From assembly GCA_965223705.1 (NCBI GenBank), contig OZ245015.1:4343206-4407205 (forward strand): a stretch of 64,000 bases of DNA. The letters are read 5' to 3'. Source of the stretch: Myxococcota bacterium (GTDB taxonomy: Bacteria; Myxococcota_A; UBA9160; UBA6930). The translations under genes were made by a program, and so were the position numbers. Each line of letters begins with the position of its first letter. Position 1 is the first letter of the stretch. The notes beneath the pieces are model-generated. The model was not told the DNA's origin and searched no databases. It saw nothing but the letters and a program-made list of their open reading frames with translations. Shown here piece after piece: positions 53,617 through 61,312 of the stretch.

Positions 53617-54399
53617 TCACCCCATCAACCCGGGGTTCGCGCCACCGTCGATGGTGATGTTGGCGCCGTGGATAAAAGCGGCTCGAGGCGAAGCGAGAAA
53701 CAGGGCGAGATCCGCCACTTCTTTCGGTTCGCCCGCGCGCCCGAGTGGTGTCATATTGCGGAGCGTTTCTTCGCGTGAGCCCCCGCCCGGCGCCAACGTG
53801 TCGAGAAACAGCAGAAGCCGCTCGGTCAAGATCGGCCCGGGATTGATCCCCACCACGCGGACCGACGCTTCTGCCCCCTCGTCCGCCAGCGCTTTCGTAA
53901 AGTGATTGAGGGCAGCGTTCGCGGCGCCTCCCACCATGTACCCGGCAACCGGCCGCAATCCGCCGGTTCCGATCACATTCACGATCACGCCCCCTCCCTG
54001 TGTCTTCATGATGGGGAGCACGGCTCGCGCCATCCGCATGTAGCCGAAGAACTTGAGCGTCCAATCTTCGAGCCACGCTTCATCGGTAATCTCGAGAAAG
54101 CTTCCAGGTCGTGCGCTGCCGGCGTTGTTAATCAGAATGTCGATGCTACCGAAGCGGTCCCGAACGCTTTCGGCGACCCGGAGAATGTCGGCACCTTGTG
54201 TGAGATCCGCCGCGATACCCAACATGTTGTCGCGACCGCGGCCCGGTGCAGCGGCGATCGTTTCGTCGATCCCCTCCTGCCCGCGGGCGCAAATCGCGAC
54301 CGACGCGCCTTCTTCGACGAATCCCCATGCCGTAGCGCGTCCTATTCCTTGACTCCCGCCGGTGACGAGCACCACTTTGCCTTCGAGACCGAGTTGCAT
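53617..54399 (-). CDS. SDR-fold NAD(P)-binding protein with non-canonical active-site positions
   Basis: Track ORF 53617..54426. I moved the start to the ATG at 54399 (MQLGLEGKVVLVTGGSQGIG), which is preceded by TAGGAGGA. NNAG is present. By manual alignment to the SDR at 4882..5652, the Ser/Tyr/Lys positions read Gly/Gly/Asn (NVIGTGG...GGAANAAL). Confidence 0.75.
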   Translation of the reverse strand: MQLGLEGKVVLVTGGSQGIGRATAWGFVEEGASVAICARGQEGIDETIAAAPGRGRDNMLGIAADLTQGADILRVAESVRDRFGSIDILINNAGSARPGSFLEITDEAWLEDWTLKFFGYMRMARAVLPIMKTQGGGVIVNVIGTGGLRPVAGYMVGGAANAALNHFTKALADEGAEASVRVVGINPGPILTERLLLFLDTLAPGGGSREETLRNMTPLGRAGEPKEVADLALFLASPRAAFIHGANITIDGGANPGLMG

Positions 54400-54465
54400 A
54401 CGTCCTCCTAAACGCTCGCGCCCCACCGCGCGCTATGCTTTAACGCAGCGACCAGGGAGATCACA

Positions 54466-54978
54466 ATGCCGCTCCGATTCGCCGAAGGCGACGTTTTTCC
54501 CGAATTCGAACTCGAGGATCACCGAGGTCAAAAGATCACGTGCGATTCCCTGATGGATGGCAAGCCGACGATCCTCGTTTTCTTCCGCGGCCCTTGGTGA
54601 CCCAAGTGACAGGTCCAACTGCAGGAACTGGTCGAGTTCCACCGTCGCACCGCTGTCGCCTACTGCCAAATCGCCGCTATCTCGGTCGATCCGCCCCGAG
54701 TTTTAGAAGCGTTTCGCGCCGGCCTGGGCGCGCCTTTCACGTTCCTGTCGGATCAAGAGCTCACGCTTACCGACGCCCTCGGGATTCGCGAAACCACGGA
54801 TCAACGCCACGGGCCTCTGCCCGTCCCGATGACCTTTGCCCTGCTGCCAGACCGACAAATTCATCGGGTCTTCAACGGTTGGTATTTCGTCGGGCGCCCG
54901 ACTCCTGAGGAACTCCGCCAGACGATTCGTCAGCTGGTGGATGCAACGGTTTCTGATCTGGATTTTCGAGGCGACTAG
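54466..54978 (+). CDS. PRX-like/AhpC-TSA 'redoxin' thioredoxin-fold protein with both redox-motif cysteines encoded by TGA (candidate selenoprotein, W-U-P-K-U)
   Basis: This gene is not in the ORF track. The ATG at 54466 follows GGGAGA (54454-54459). The 170-codon frame ends in TAG at 54976-54978 and is interrupted only by TGA at 54598-54600 and 54607-54609. Translation: ...GKPTILVFFRGPW*PK*QVQLQELVEFHRRTAVAYCQIAAISVDPPRVLEAFRAGLGAPFTFLSDQELTLTDALGI.... This matches the (F/Y)(F/Y)RGxWCPxC...S.D....F......F..LsD pattern of PRX-like redoxins. Confidence 0.65.
54606..54659 (+). promoter_or_regulatory. candidate bacterial SECIS-like stem-loop immediately 3' of the two in-frame UGA codons
   Basis: The basal helix is GUGACAG (54606-54612, including the second UGA) / CUGUCGC (54653-54659). 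The apical hairpin is GGAACU (54624-54629), loop GGUCG, AGUUCC (54635-54640). The apical loop lies 20 nt after UGA-2 and 29 nt after UGA-1. Folded by eye. Confidence 0.4.
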
Positions 54979-55010
54979 TTCGCCCGTTCCGAACGCAACG
55001 AGGAGCTCTC

Positions 55011-55427
55011 ATGGCGAATCGATCGATGACGGGGAGATGTCTATGCGGCGCTGTGACGTTCTCAGCCGAAGACGTCGAGCCGCATATTCACGCGTGCCAC
55101 TGTGGCATGTGCCGACGCTGGTCCGGCGGTCCGGGCATGGCCGTCTCGGTGGGTTCGATCTCCTTCACCGGCGCAGACGAGCTCAGAACCTACGACTCGT
55201 CGGAATGGGCGGAGCGCGGATTCTGCGGCGTGTGTGGCAGCAACCTCTTCTACAGGCTGAAAGAACAGGATCGGTACGTGGTTTGGAACGGCGCGCTGGA
55301 TGATCCGACAGACTTTGAGCTCACCGGCGAGATCTACATCGATGAAAAACCGAGCTCCTACGATTTCGCCGGAGACCACCCGCGTCTCACCGGGCAAGAA
55401 TTCTTGAAATCGGTGGGCATGGCCTGA
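55011..55427 (+). CDS. GFA (glutathione-dependent formaldehyde-activating enzyme/CENP-V) family protein
   Basis: 138 aa with the zinc-binding Cys pattern CLCGAV...CHCGMCRRWSG...FCGVCGSNLF. The SD is GAGGAG. Confidence 0.85.
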   Translation: MANRSMTGRCLCGAVTFSAEDVEPHIHACHCGMCRRWSGGPGMAVSVGSISFTGADELRTYDSSEWAERGFCGVCGSNLFYRLKEQDRYVVWNGALDDPTDFELTGEIYIDEKPSSYDFAGDHPRLTGQEFLKSVGMA

Positions 55428-55475
55428 CTCGACGCTGGTAGCACCCAGTAGCAGACTCCGAGTACCTTCCTCGCC

Positions 55476-57776
55476 ATGAAAAGCAGCGCCCTCGTCACGC
55501 ACTGGGGTCCGTTCGTCGTGGAAGCCGACGGAGACCGCGTCGTCTCGGTCCGCGGGCACGCTTCGGATCCCGACCCGTCGCCGATCGGTCAGTCTCTTCA
55601 ACAAGCGACGGATTGCCGCGTCGAACGGCCGTCGATCCGACGCTCTTGGCTCGAAGACGGGCCCGGCGCGCGCACGGAACTACGCGGACGCGAGCCCTTT
55701 GTCGAGGTCAGCTGGAACGAGGCACTCGATCTCGTCGCGGGCGAGCTCGCGAGAGTTCGCGACGTCTACGGCCATACGTCGATCTACGGGGGGTCCTACG
55801 GCTGGTCGTCCGCGGGCCGCTTCCACATGTCCTCGGGCCAGATCACGCGTTTCTTCCGCATGTTCGGTGGCTGCACCGATGCGTGGGGGACGTACTCTTC
55901 GTCCGCCGCGTCGGGGATCATTCCGTATGTCTTGGGGATCTCGTACCTGCAGGGCGTCGCCCAGCAGAGCTCGTGGTCGACGATTGCGGAGCACACGGAT
56001 CTCTTCGTGAGCTTCGGTGGATTGCGACTCACGAACACGCACGTGACGTACGGTGGCCAGGGACCCCATCACACGCGTGAATGGCTCATGCGTGCGCGCG
56101 ATTCCGGTGTTTCGTTTCTCAACATCGGCCCGTTGCGGGACGATTTCGAGCCCGACCTCGGCGCGCGGTGGGTCCATCCGATCCCCGGCACGGACGTCGC
56201 ACTCATGGCGGCGCTTATTCACGCGTTGGTCGACGAGGGTCTCGCCGACCGCGCGTTTCTTCTCCGCCATTGCGTCGGCTGGGAACGTCTCGAGGCCTAC
56301 ATCCTGGGCACAACCGATGGAACGGCGAAAACCGCCGAATGGGCAGCAGCGATTACGGGGCTCGAAGCCGACGCGATTCGCGAGCTCGCACACGAAATGG
56401 CGAGCCGTCGGACGCTGATCAACCTCACCCTCGCCGTGCAGCGACAGGACCACGGGGAACAGAGCTATTGGATGGGCATCGCACTGGCCGCGGCTCTCGG
56501 CCAGGTCGGGCTCTCGGGCGGTGGGGTTGCGTTCACTTTCGGCGCCGCTGGCAATGTCGGAGCGGGTCAGACCCGCGCACGCGTGCCGGGGCTCCCGGTG
56601 CCCAAACCGGTTCCCGACATGACGACGATTTCGGTATCGCGCGTGGCGGAACTTCTGGAAGCGAATGGTGAGACCTTCCGCTGGAACGGTCGAGAAGACG
56701 TCTACCCGGACACCCGCCTCGTGTACTGGTGCGGCGGAAACGTGTTCCATCACCACCAAGATCTGAACCGCCTCCTTCGAGCGTGGCAACGCCCCGAGAC
56801 GATCGTCGTTCACGAACCGTTCTGGACGCCCACCGCGAAACGCGCCGACGTCGTCTTCCCTGCGACGACGCCGCTCGAGCGCAGTGACCTCGGAGGTGGC
56901 GAAACCTTGCTGGCGCTGTCGCAACCCGTGCTCGAGCCGTATGGCGAAGCGCGTGACGACTACGCGATTTTTCACGGCCTCGCCGACCGGCTGGGTTTCG
57001 GAGAAACGTTCTCCGAAGGGCGGACCGCCGAAGAGTGGGTACGCCACCTCTACGAAGAATTTCGCAGCAACAACGAAGCCGCTCCGCCTCTCGAGCTGGC
57101 GCGCGAACAAGGCACGTTGCAGCACCGACATATGGCGCGGATGGGGGAGCCCTCACAGACCTTCCTCTCCGCCTTCCGCGCCGACCCGATCGCGAACCCG
57201 CTCCCCACGCCGTCGGGTCGGATCGAGCTCTATTCCGAGACGATCGCCGGCTTCGGTTACGCCGATTGTCCCGGGCACCCCATCTGGCTTGAACCCTACG
57301 AACGGTTGGGTACGCCCGCCGCGGAACGTTTCCCGCTCCACCTGATCTCCAACCAACCAGCCGGGAGGTTGCACGGCCAGTACGACCACGGCGAGGTCAG
57401 CCAAGCGACGAAGGTCGCGGGCCGCGAGCCATGCCGCCTCCACCCGGATGACGCCGGTGCCCGCGGCATTCGAGACGGCGACGTCGTTCGTCTGTGGAAC
57501 GACCGCGGCGCCTGCCTTGCCGGAGCGGTGCTGTCCGATGCTTTGATGCCAGGCGTTGTGCAGCTCAGTACCGGCGCGTGGTTTGACCCCGATGAGACAG
57601 GGCTTTGCAAACACGGAAACCCCAACGTTCTGACGCGCGACAAGGGCACCTCAAAGCTTTCTGAAGGCCCGAGCGCGCACACGTGCCTTGTGGAGGTCGA
57701 GCGTTTCGACGGCGACGTCCCGGCTGTGACGGCGTTCGATCCGCCCGCGTTTGCGAAGCGTTCCGCCCGACCGTGA
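55476..57776 (+). CDS. molybdopterin-dependent S-/N-oxide reductase, BisC/TorZ-like (cytoplasmic: no Tat signal, no N-terminal Fe-S Cys cluster)
   Basis: 766 aa. The N-terminus THWGPFVVEADGDRVVSVRGH resembles the BisC start, and the YSSSAASGI region (catalytic Ser) is present. Size and blocks fit the DMSO reductase family. Confidence 0.8.
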   Translation: MKSSALVTHWGPFVVEADGDRVVSVRGHASDPDPSPIGQSLQQATDCRVERPSIRRSWLEDGPGARTELRGREPFVEVSWNEALDLVAGELARVRDVYGHTSIYGGSYGWSSAGRFHMSSGQITRFFRMFGGCTDAWGTYSSSAASGIIPYVLGISYLQGVAQQSSWSTIAEHTDLFVSFGGLRLTNTHVTYGGQGPHHTREWLMRARDSGVSFLNIGPLRDDFEPDLGARWVHPIPGTDVALMAALIHALVDEGLADRAFLLRHCVGWERLEAYILGTTDGTAKTAEWAAAITGLEADAIRELAHEMASRRTLINLTLAVQRQDHGEQSYWMGIALAAALGQVGLSGGGVAFTFGAAGNVGAGQTRARVPGLPVPKPVPDMTTISVSRVAELLEANGETFRWNGREDVYPDTRLVYWCGGNVFHHHQDLNRLLRAWQRPETIVVHEPFWTPTAKRADVVFPATTPLERSDLGGGETLLALSQPVLEPYGEARDDYAIFHGLADRLGFGETFSEGRTAEEWVRHLYEEFRSNNEAAPPLELAREQGTLQHRHMARMGEPSQTFLSAFRADPIANPLPTPSGRIELYSETIAGFGYADCPGHPIWLEPYERLGTPAAERFPLHLISNQPAGRLHGQYDHGEVSQATKVAGREPCRLHPDDAGARGIRDGDVVRLWNDRGACLAGAVLSDALMPGVVQLSTGAWFDPDETGLCKHGNPNVLTRDKGTSKLSEGPSAHTCLVEVERFDGDVPAVTAFDPPAFAKRSARP

Positions 57777-58855
57777 CACGCGTCGTCGGATTCTTTTCGA
57801 AGCTGCTGCTGCTGGCCTTTTCGCTGGCCGTCGCCCTCGGCGCCACCGAGCTTCTTCTCCGAGCGGCGTGGCGTGGCTACTACGACAAGAACGTGCCCAT
57901 CCCCCGTTTCGAGCCGCACGAAACGCGCGGCTACGAGAACGCCCGAGATGCGGAATACCGCCAAGGGAAACCCGAATGGGTGATGCACGTGCGCACGAAT
58001 TCACTGGGGTTCCGCGGTGGAGAGCCGCGAGACGAGAAGCTACGCATCCTCGCCGTGGGCGACTCGTTTACTTTTGGCTACGGCGTCTCCGAAGACGAGA
58101 CATGGACCACGCTTCTCGACAGGGCGCACGAGGAGGTCGAGGTCATCAACGCGGGCGTACCGGGTTACGGGACGGCGCACGAGCTGCTTCTTCTCGAAGA
58201 GCACGGTCCCACGCTCCGCCCGGACATTGTTCTTCTCGCGTTCTTTTGGAACGACGTTCTCGACAGCTACCACGCAGAGATTCCGCGCTTCCGGACGGAA
58301 GGGGGGGAGCTCATTCGAGAAGTGCCCGCGCCCGACGCGGTAGCGAGCAAGCTCAGAACACGTCGCAGCAAGGAGCGTCTCCTCGCGAGGAGTTACGCGT
58401 ATCGCTTCTTTTCCGACCGCGCGAAAATCGCGCGCTTTCGATTGCGTCAGTGGTTTGGAATGGGCGATATCCACTCGTTCGGTACCGATCGCAAGGTCTT
58501 CGAGGAAGCCTGGGCGCTACAGGAAGCGCTGCTTCGAGCGTTCGCCTCCGCTTCCCGCGAGATCGGGGCGAAGCTTCTACTGATCGTCATCCCCGACCAG
58601 GTTCAAGTACACACGGAGTGGCGCGTCGCCGGCGCCGGTGGGCTCGATCTCGACATCCAAGATCGCCTGGGAGAGATCGCGTCAAGCCTCGAGATCGAAA
58701 CGCTCGATCTACTTCCCGGGCTCAACGCCGCACGAGGCGATTCACCGCTCTATTTTCGCCAGGATCGACACTTGACAGCGTTGGGAAATCGCATCGTGGC
58801 GGAGCTGGTTCGCTCTCGACTCGAAGACGAGGCCTGGTGGCCGGTGTCTCGTTAA
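57773..58855 (+). CDS. SGNH/GDSL-type hydrolase with N-terminal membrane anchor
   Basis: Track ORF 57683..58855. I moved the start to the GTG at 57773, which overlaps the upstream TGA. Block I is ILAVGDSFTFG, block II is NAGVPGYGT, and the C-terminal QDRHLT supplies DxxH. Confidence 0.75.
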   Translation: MTRVVGFFSKLLLLAFSLAVALGATELLLRAAWRGYYDKNVPIPRFEPHETRGYENARDAEYRQGKPEWVMHVRTNSLGFRGGEPRDEKLRILAVGDSFTFGYGVSEDETWTTLLDRAHEEVEVINAGVPGYGTAHELLLLEEHGPTLRPDIVLLAFFWNDVLDSYHAEIPRFRTEGGELIREVPAPDAVASKLRTRRSKERLLARSYAYRFFSDRAKIARFRLRQWFGMGDIHSFGTDRKVFEEAWALQEALLRAFASASREIGAKLLLIVIPDQVQVHTEWRVAGAGGLDLDIQDRLGEIASSLEIETLDLLPGLNAARGDSPLYFRQDRHLTALGNRIVAELVRSRLEDEAWWPVSR

Positions 58856-58888
58856 CGCTCCCGAATTTCCGTACCCGAGCCGGCGGTG

Positions 58889-58907
58889 AAAAAGAGCGCC
58901 GACGCTC
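58889..58907 (-). terminator. small candidate intrinsic terminator after the BVMO gene
   Basis: On the minus strand, GAGCG-TCGG-CGCTC is followed by TTTTT and starts 3 nt after the TAG stop (58910-58912). The stem is only 5 bp. Confidence 0.35.
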
Positions 58908-58909
58908 GA

Positions 58910-60379
58910 CTAATCGAGGGGTTTGGTTTCGAACGCGTCGTCATCGGACGCCGTCGTGGCTTCGGTAAACGCATCCATCGAATCCGGCCACTGCGTTACG
59001 AGTCGTCCGGAAGAGCCGGCTCGATAGTAGAAGTCATTACCGCAGTCGAACTGCCAGACGTCGATGGCGTTGATGTCCGCCTGCAGTTTTTCGTTGAAAG
59101 CCGCGAGAAACTCCGGCCGGAGATCCATCCAGGCCAGCCGTTCGTTCTCCAAGCGCTCGAGCTTGCGAACGATGTATTCGCACTGCCTCTCGAGCATGAA
59201 CAGAATGCAGCCCTGATTGGTATTCGGCCCGTAGAGCATGAACAGGTTCGGGAAACCCGACGTCGTCATCCCCAGATAGGCTTGGGGGCCGTCGTTCCAA
59301 GCTTCGCGAAGGGGTTGGCCACCGCGGCCCGTCACGTCAAGCGCTTGCAAGTAGGTCGTCGTCTCGAAGCCCGTCGAGTAGATGATCACGTCGACGTCGC
59401 GACTTTCATCACCCTCGACCGTCTCGATGCCCGTCGGGGTGATGCGCTGGATCTTGTCGGTCAGAAGCTCGACGTTGTCTCGATTGAACACGGGGTAGTA
59501 GAGGTCGGAGAAAAGCGGGCGCTTACAGCCGAACGGATGATCCGGGGTGAGCTTGCGACGAACTTCGGGATCGCGCACTTCTTGTAGCCGCTCCATTCCC
59601 GCGGCTTCGATCTCGCCCAACGTCTTCTTGTCCTTGAACGTGGCCAGCGTGTTCCACACATCGTAAATCTGCTGCCTGCTCTCTTGCAGCGCGTCGGGAT
59701 CGGCGCGGAACTTCTCGAGCTCCTCTTCCGTGTAGGGCGTGTTCGGCTTGGGAACGACCCAGTTGGCCGTCCGTTGGTACAAGTGAAGTTGGCCGACGTC
59801 CTTGGCGATTTCGGGGACAAACTGGATCGCGCTTGCGGCAATACCGATCACGCCGACGCGCTTGCCGCGCAGATCGACGTCGTGGTTCCAACGCGCGGAA
59901 TGAAACCATTCGCCGCGAAAATCCTCGATCCCCGGGATGTCGGGCATCACGAGGTTGTTGAACATTCCGAGGGCACTTACAGCGATGCGAGATTCGTAGC
60001 GGTCGCCGCTCTCGGTGGTCACCGTCCAGCGCGCTTGTTCGTCGCTCCACGAAGCCGCCTGCACACGTGTTTCAAAGCGGATGTGGTCACGGATTCCGTA
60101 CTTGTCGGCGATGTGATTCAGGTACGCGAGAATCTCCTCCTGGCCTGAGAACGGCCGCGACCAGTTGGGATTCGGCTCGAAAGAAAACGAATACAGGTGG
60201 GACTGCACGTCGCACTCGGCACCCGGATACCGGTTCCAGAACCACGTTCCACCGACGCCGGTGCCTTTCTCCAAAATGACGAAATCGTCGATACCGGCTT
60301 TCTTGAGCTGCACCCCCATACAAAGGCCGGCCGATCCGGCTCCGATGATGACGACGTGGTGGGCGTGCTTCTGTGTCAT
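58910..60379 (-). CDS. type I Baeyer-Villiger / flavin-containing monooxygenase
   Basis: 489 aa. The FAD site is VVIIGAGSAG, GGTWFWNRYPG is present, the BVMO fingerprint is FRGEWFHSARW (FxGxxxHxxxW), and the second dinucleotide site is VGVIGIAASA. Confidence 0.85.
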   Translation of the reverse strand: MTQKHAHHVVIIGAGSAGLCMGVQLKKAGIDDFVILEKGTGVGGTWFWNRYPGAECDVQSHLYSFSFEPNPNWSRPFSGQEEILAYLNHIADKYGIRDHIRFETRVQAASWSDEQARWTVTTESGDRYESRIAVSALGMFNNLVMPDIPGIEDFRGEWFHSARWNHDVDLRGKRVGVIGIAASAIQFVPEIAKDVGQLHLYQRTANWVVPKPNTPYTEEELEKFRADPDALQESRQQIYDVWNTLATFKDKKTLGEIEAAGMERLQEVRDPEVRRKLTPDHPFGCKRPLFSDLYYPVFNRDNVELLTDKIQRITPTGIETVEGDESRDVDVIIYSTGFETTTYLQALDVTGRGGQPLREAWNDGPQAYLGMTTSGFPNLFMLYGPNTNQGCILFMLERQCEYIVRKLERLENERLAWMDLRPEFLAAFNEKLQADINAIDVWQFDCGNDFYYRAGSSGRLVTQWPDSMDAFTEATTASDDDAFETKPLD

Positions 60380-60490
60380 GATGATCTCCTCGCTCGACGG
60401 CCGTCTAGCCTATCAGATCCGTCCTCGCGGGGCTGAAACCGGAGAGCGAAGTCGGGCATAAGGTCCCCAGACGTTCGCCGGAACGAGCCG

Positions 60491-61300
60491 ATGGAACGAA
60501 CCAAAGAGCTCCCGTTAACCGCACACACCGGATTTTGGCTGACCTTGGCCGTCGCCGCGGCTGGGGCGGCGGTCATCTGGTCGATGTGGGAGTCGCTCAC
60601 GCTACTCCTGGCGCGCGTCGAGTTCGCGCTCGCTTCTACGGTCCCCGAACACTGGATCGGCAATGCGGCTTGGTACAGCCTCCCCGTGTTGGGCTTCTTC
60701 GCGGGGCTGCTCGCGAGTATCTCCCCCTGCATTCTTCCCCTCGTGCCGCTCAACGCGGCATTTATCGGAGCCGCAGAAGCGACGGGACTGCGGGCGGTGC
60801 TGATCTCCGCGCGGTTCGTGCTGGGCGCGGCTCTCGCGCTGGCGATCCTCGGGCTTTTGACCGACCTCGCGGGGACGCTCCTGGTCGAGCAACGCGGCTT
60901 CGTTCTCCTCGCGGCGGGACTCGCGCTGCTCCTCTTTGCAGCGGCTCTGCTCGAGCTCGTGTCCTTGCCTTTCTCCGGGGCCTCCCTGTTCGCCGATCGT
61001 CCACTCGGCCCGGTCGCGGCCGGTGCGGCATTCGCCCTGGTGACGACGCCGTGTGCCAGCCCACTTCTCGGAGGTCTCTTGACCGCGGCTGCGGCGAGCG
61101 GCGCTGCGGGGCTGACCTCGCTTGCGATGCTCTCCTTTGCCGTGGGCTACACCGCGCTGGTGTTCGTCGCTGGAGTATTCGGTGGGCAAGCCATCGAACG
61201 GTTGCGCCGTCGGTCGTACGTCGGCGCGCGCGCCTTGGGAGCCGCCGTGCTCGGCTTCACGGGCCTGGCCTTCCTCGTTTCCGGGATTCGTTGGTTCTAA
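60491..61300 (+). CDS. CcdA/DsbD-family thiol:disulfide electron-transfer membrane protein
   Basis: 269 aa and polytopic. The two conserved Cys-containing helices are LASISPCILPLVPL and LVTTPCASPLLGG. Confidence 0.75.
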   Translation: MERTKELPLTAHTGFWLTLAVAAAGAAVIWSMWESLTLLLARVEFALASTVPEHWIGNAAWYSLPVLGFFAGLLASISPCILPLVPLNAAFIGAAEATGLRAVLISARFVLGAALALAILGLLTDLAGTLLVEQRGFVLLAAGLALLLFAAALLELVSLPFSGASLFADRPLGPVAAGAAFALVTTPCASPLLGGLLTAAAASGAAGLTSLAMLSFAVGYTALVFVAGVFGGQAIERLRRRSYVGARALGAAVLGFTGLAFLVSGIRWF

Positions 61301-61312
61301 GGACGGGGCGCT

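Noticed and set aside
54466-54978. Reading the TGA-interrupted redoxin as an ordinary decayed pseudogene
   Set aside because: I do not adopt this as the primary reading. The only two lesions fall exactly on the two redox Cys codons, the rest of the frame and the SD are intact, a hairpin follows, and the gene heads an operon. It remains the fallback if the genome has no Sec or recoding machinery.
55680-57131. 483-aa ORF on the minus strand
   Set aside because: It is antisense to the molybdoenzyme gene. It has shadow-ORF composition and no recognisable domain.
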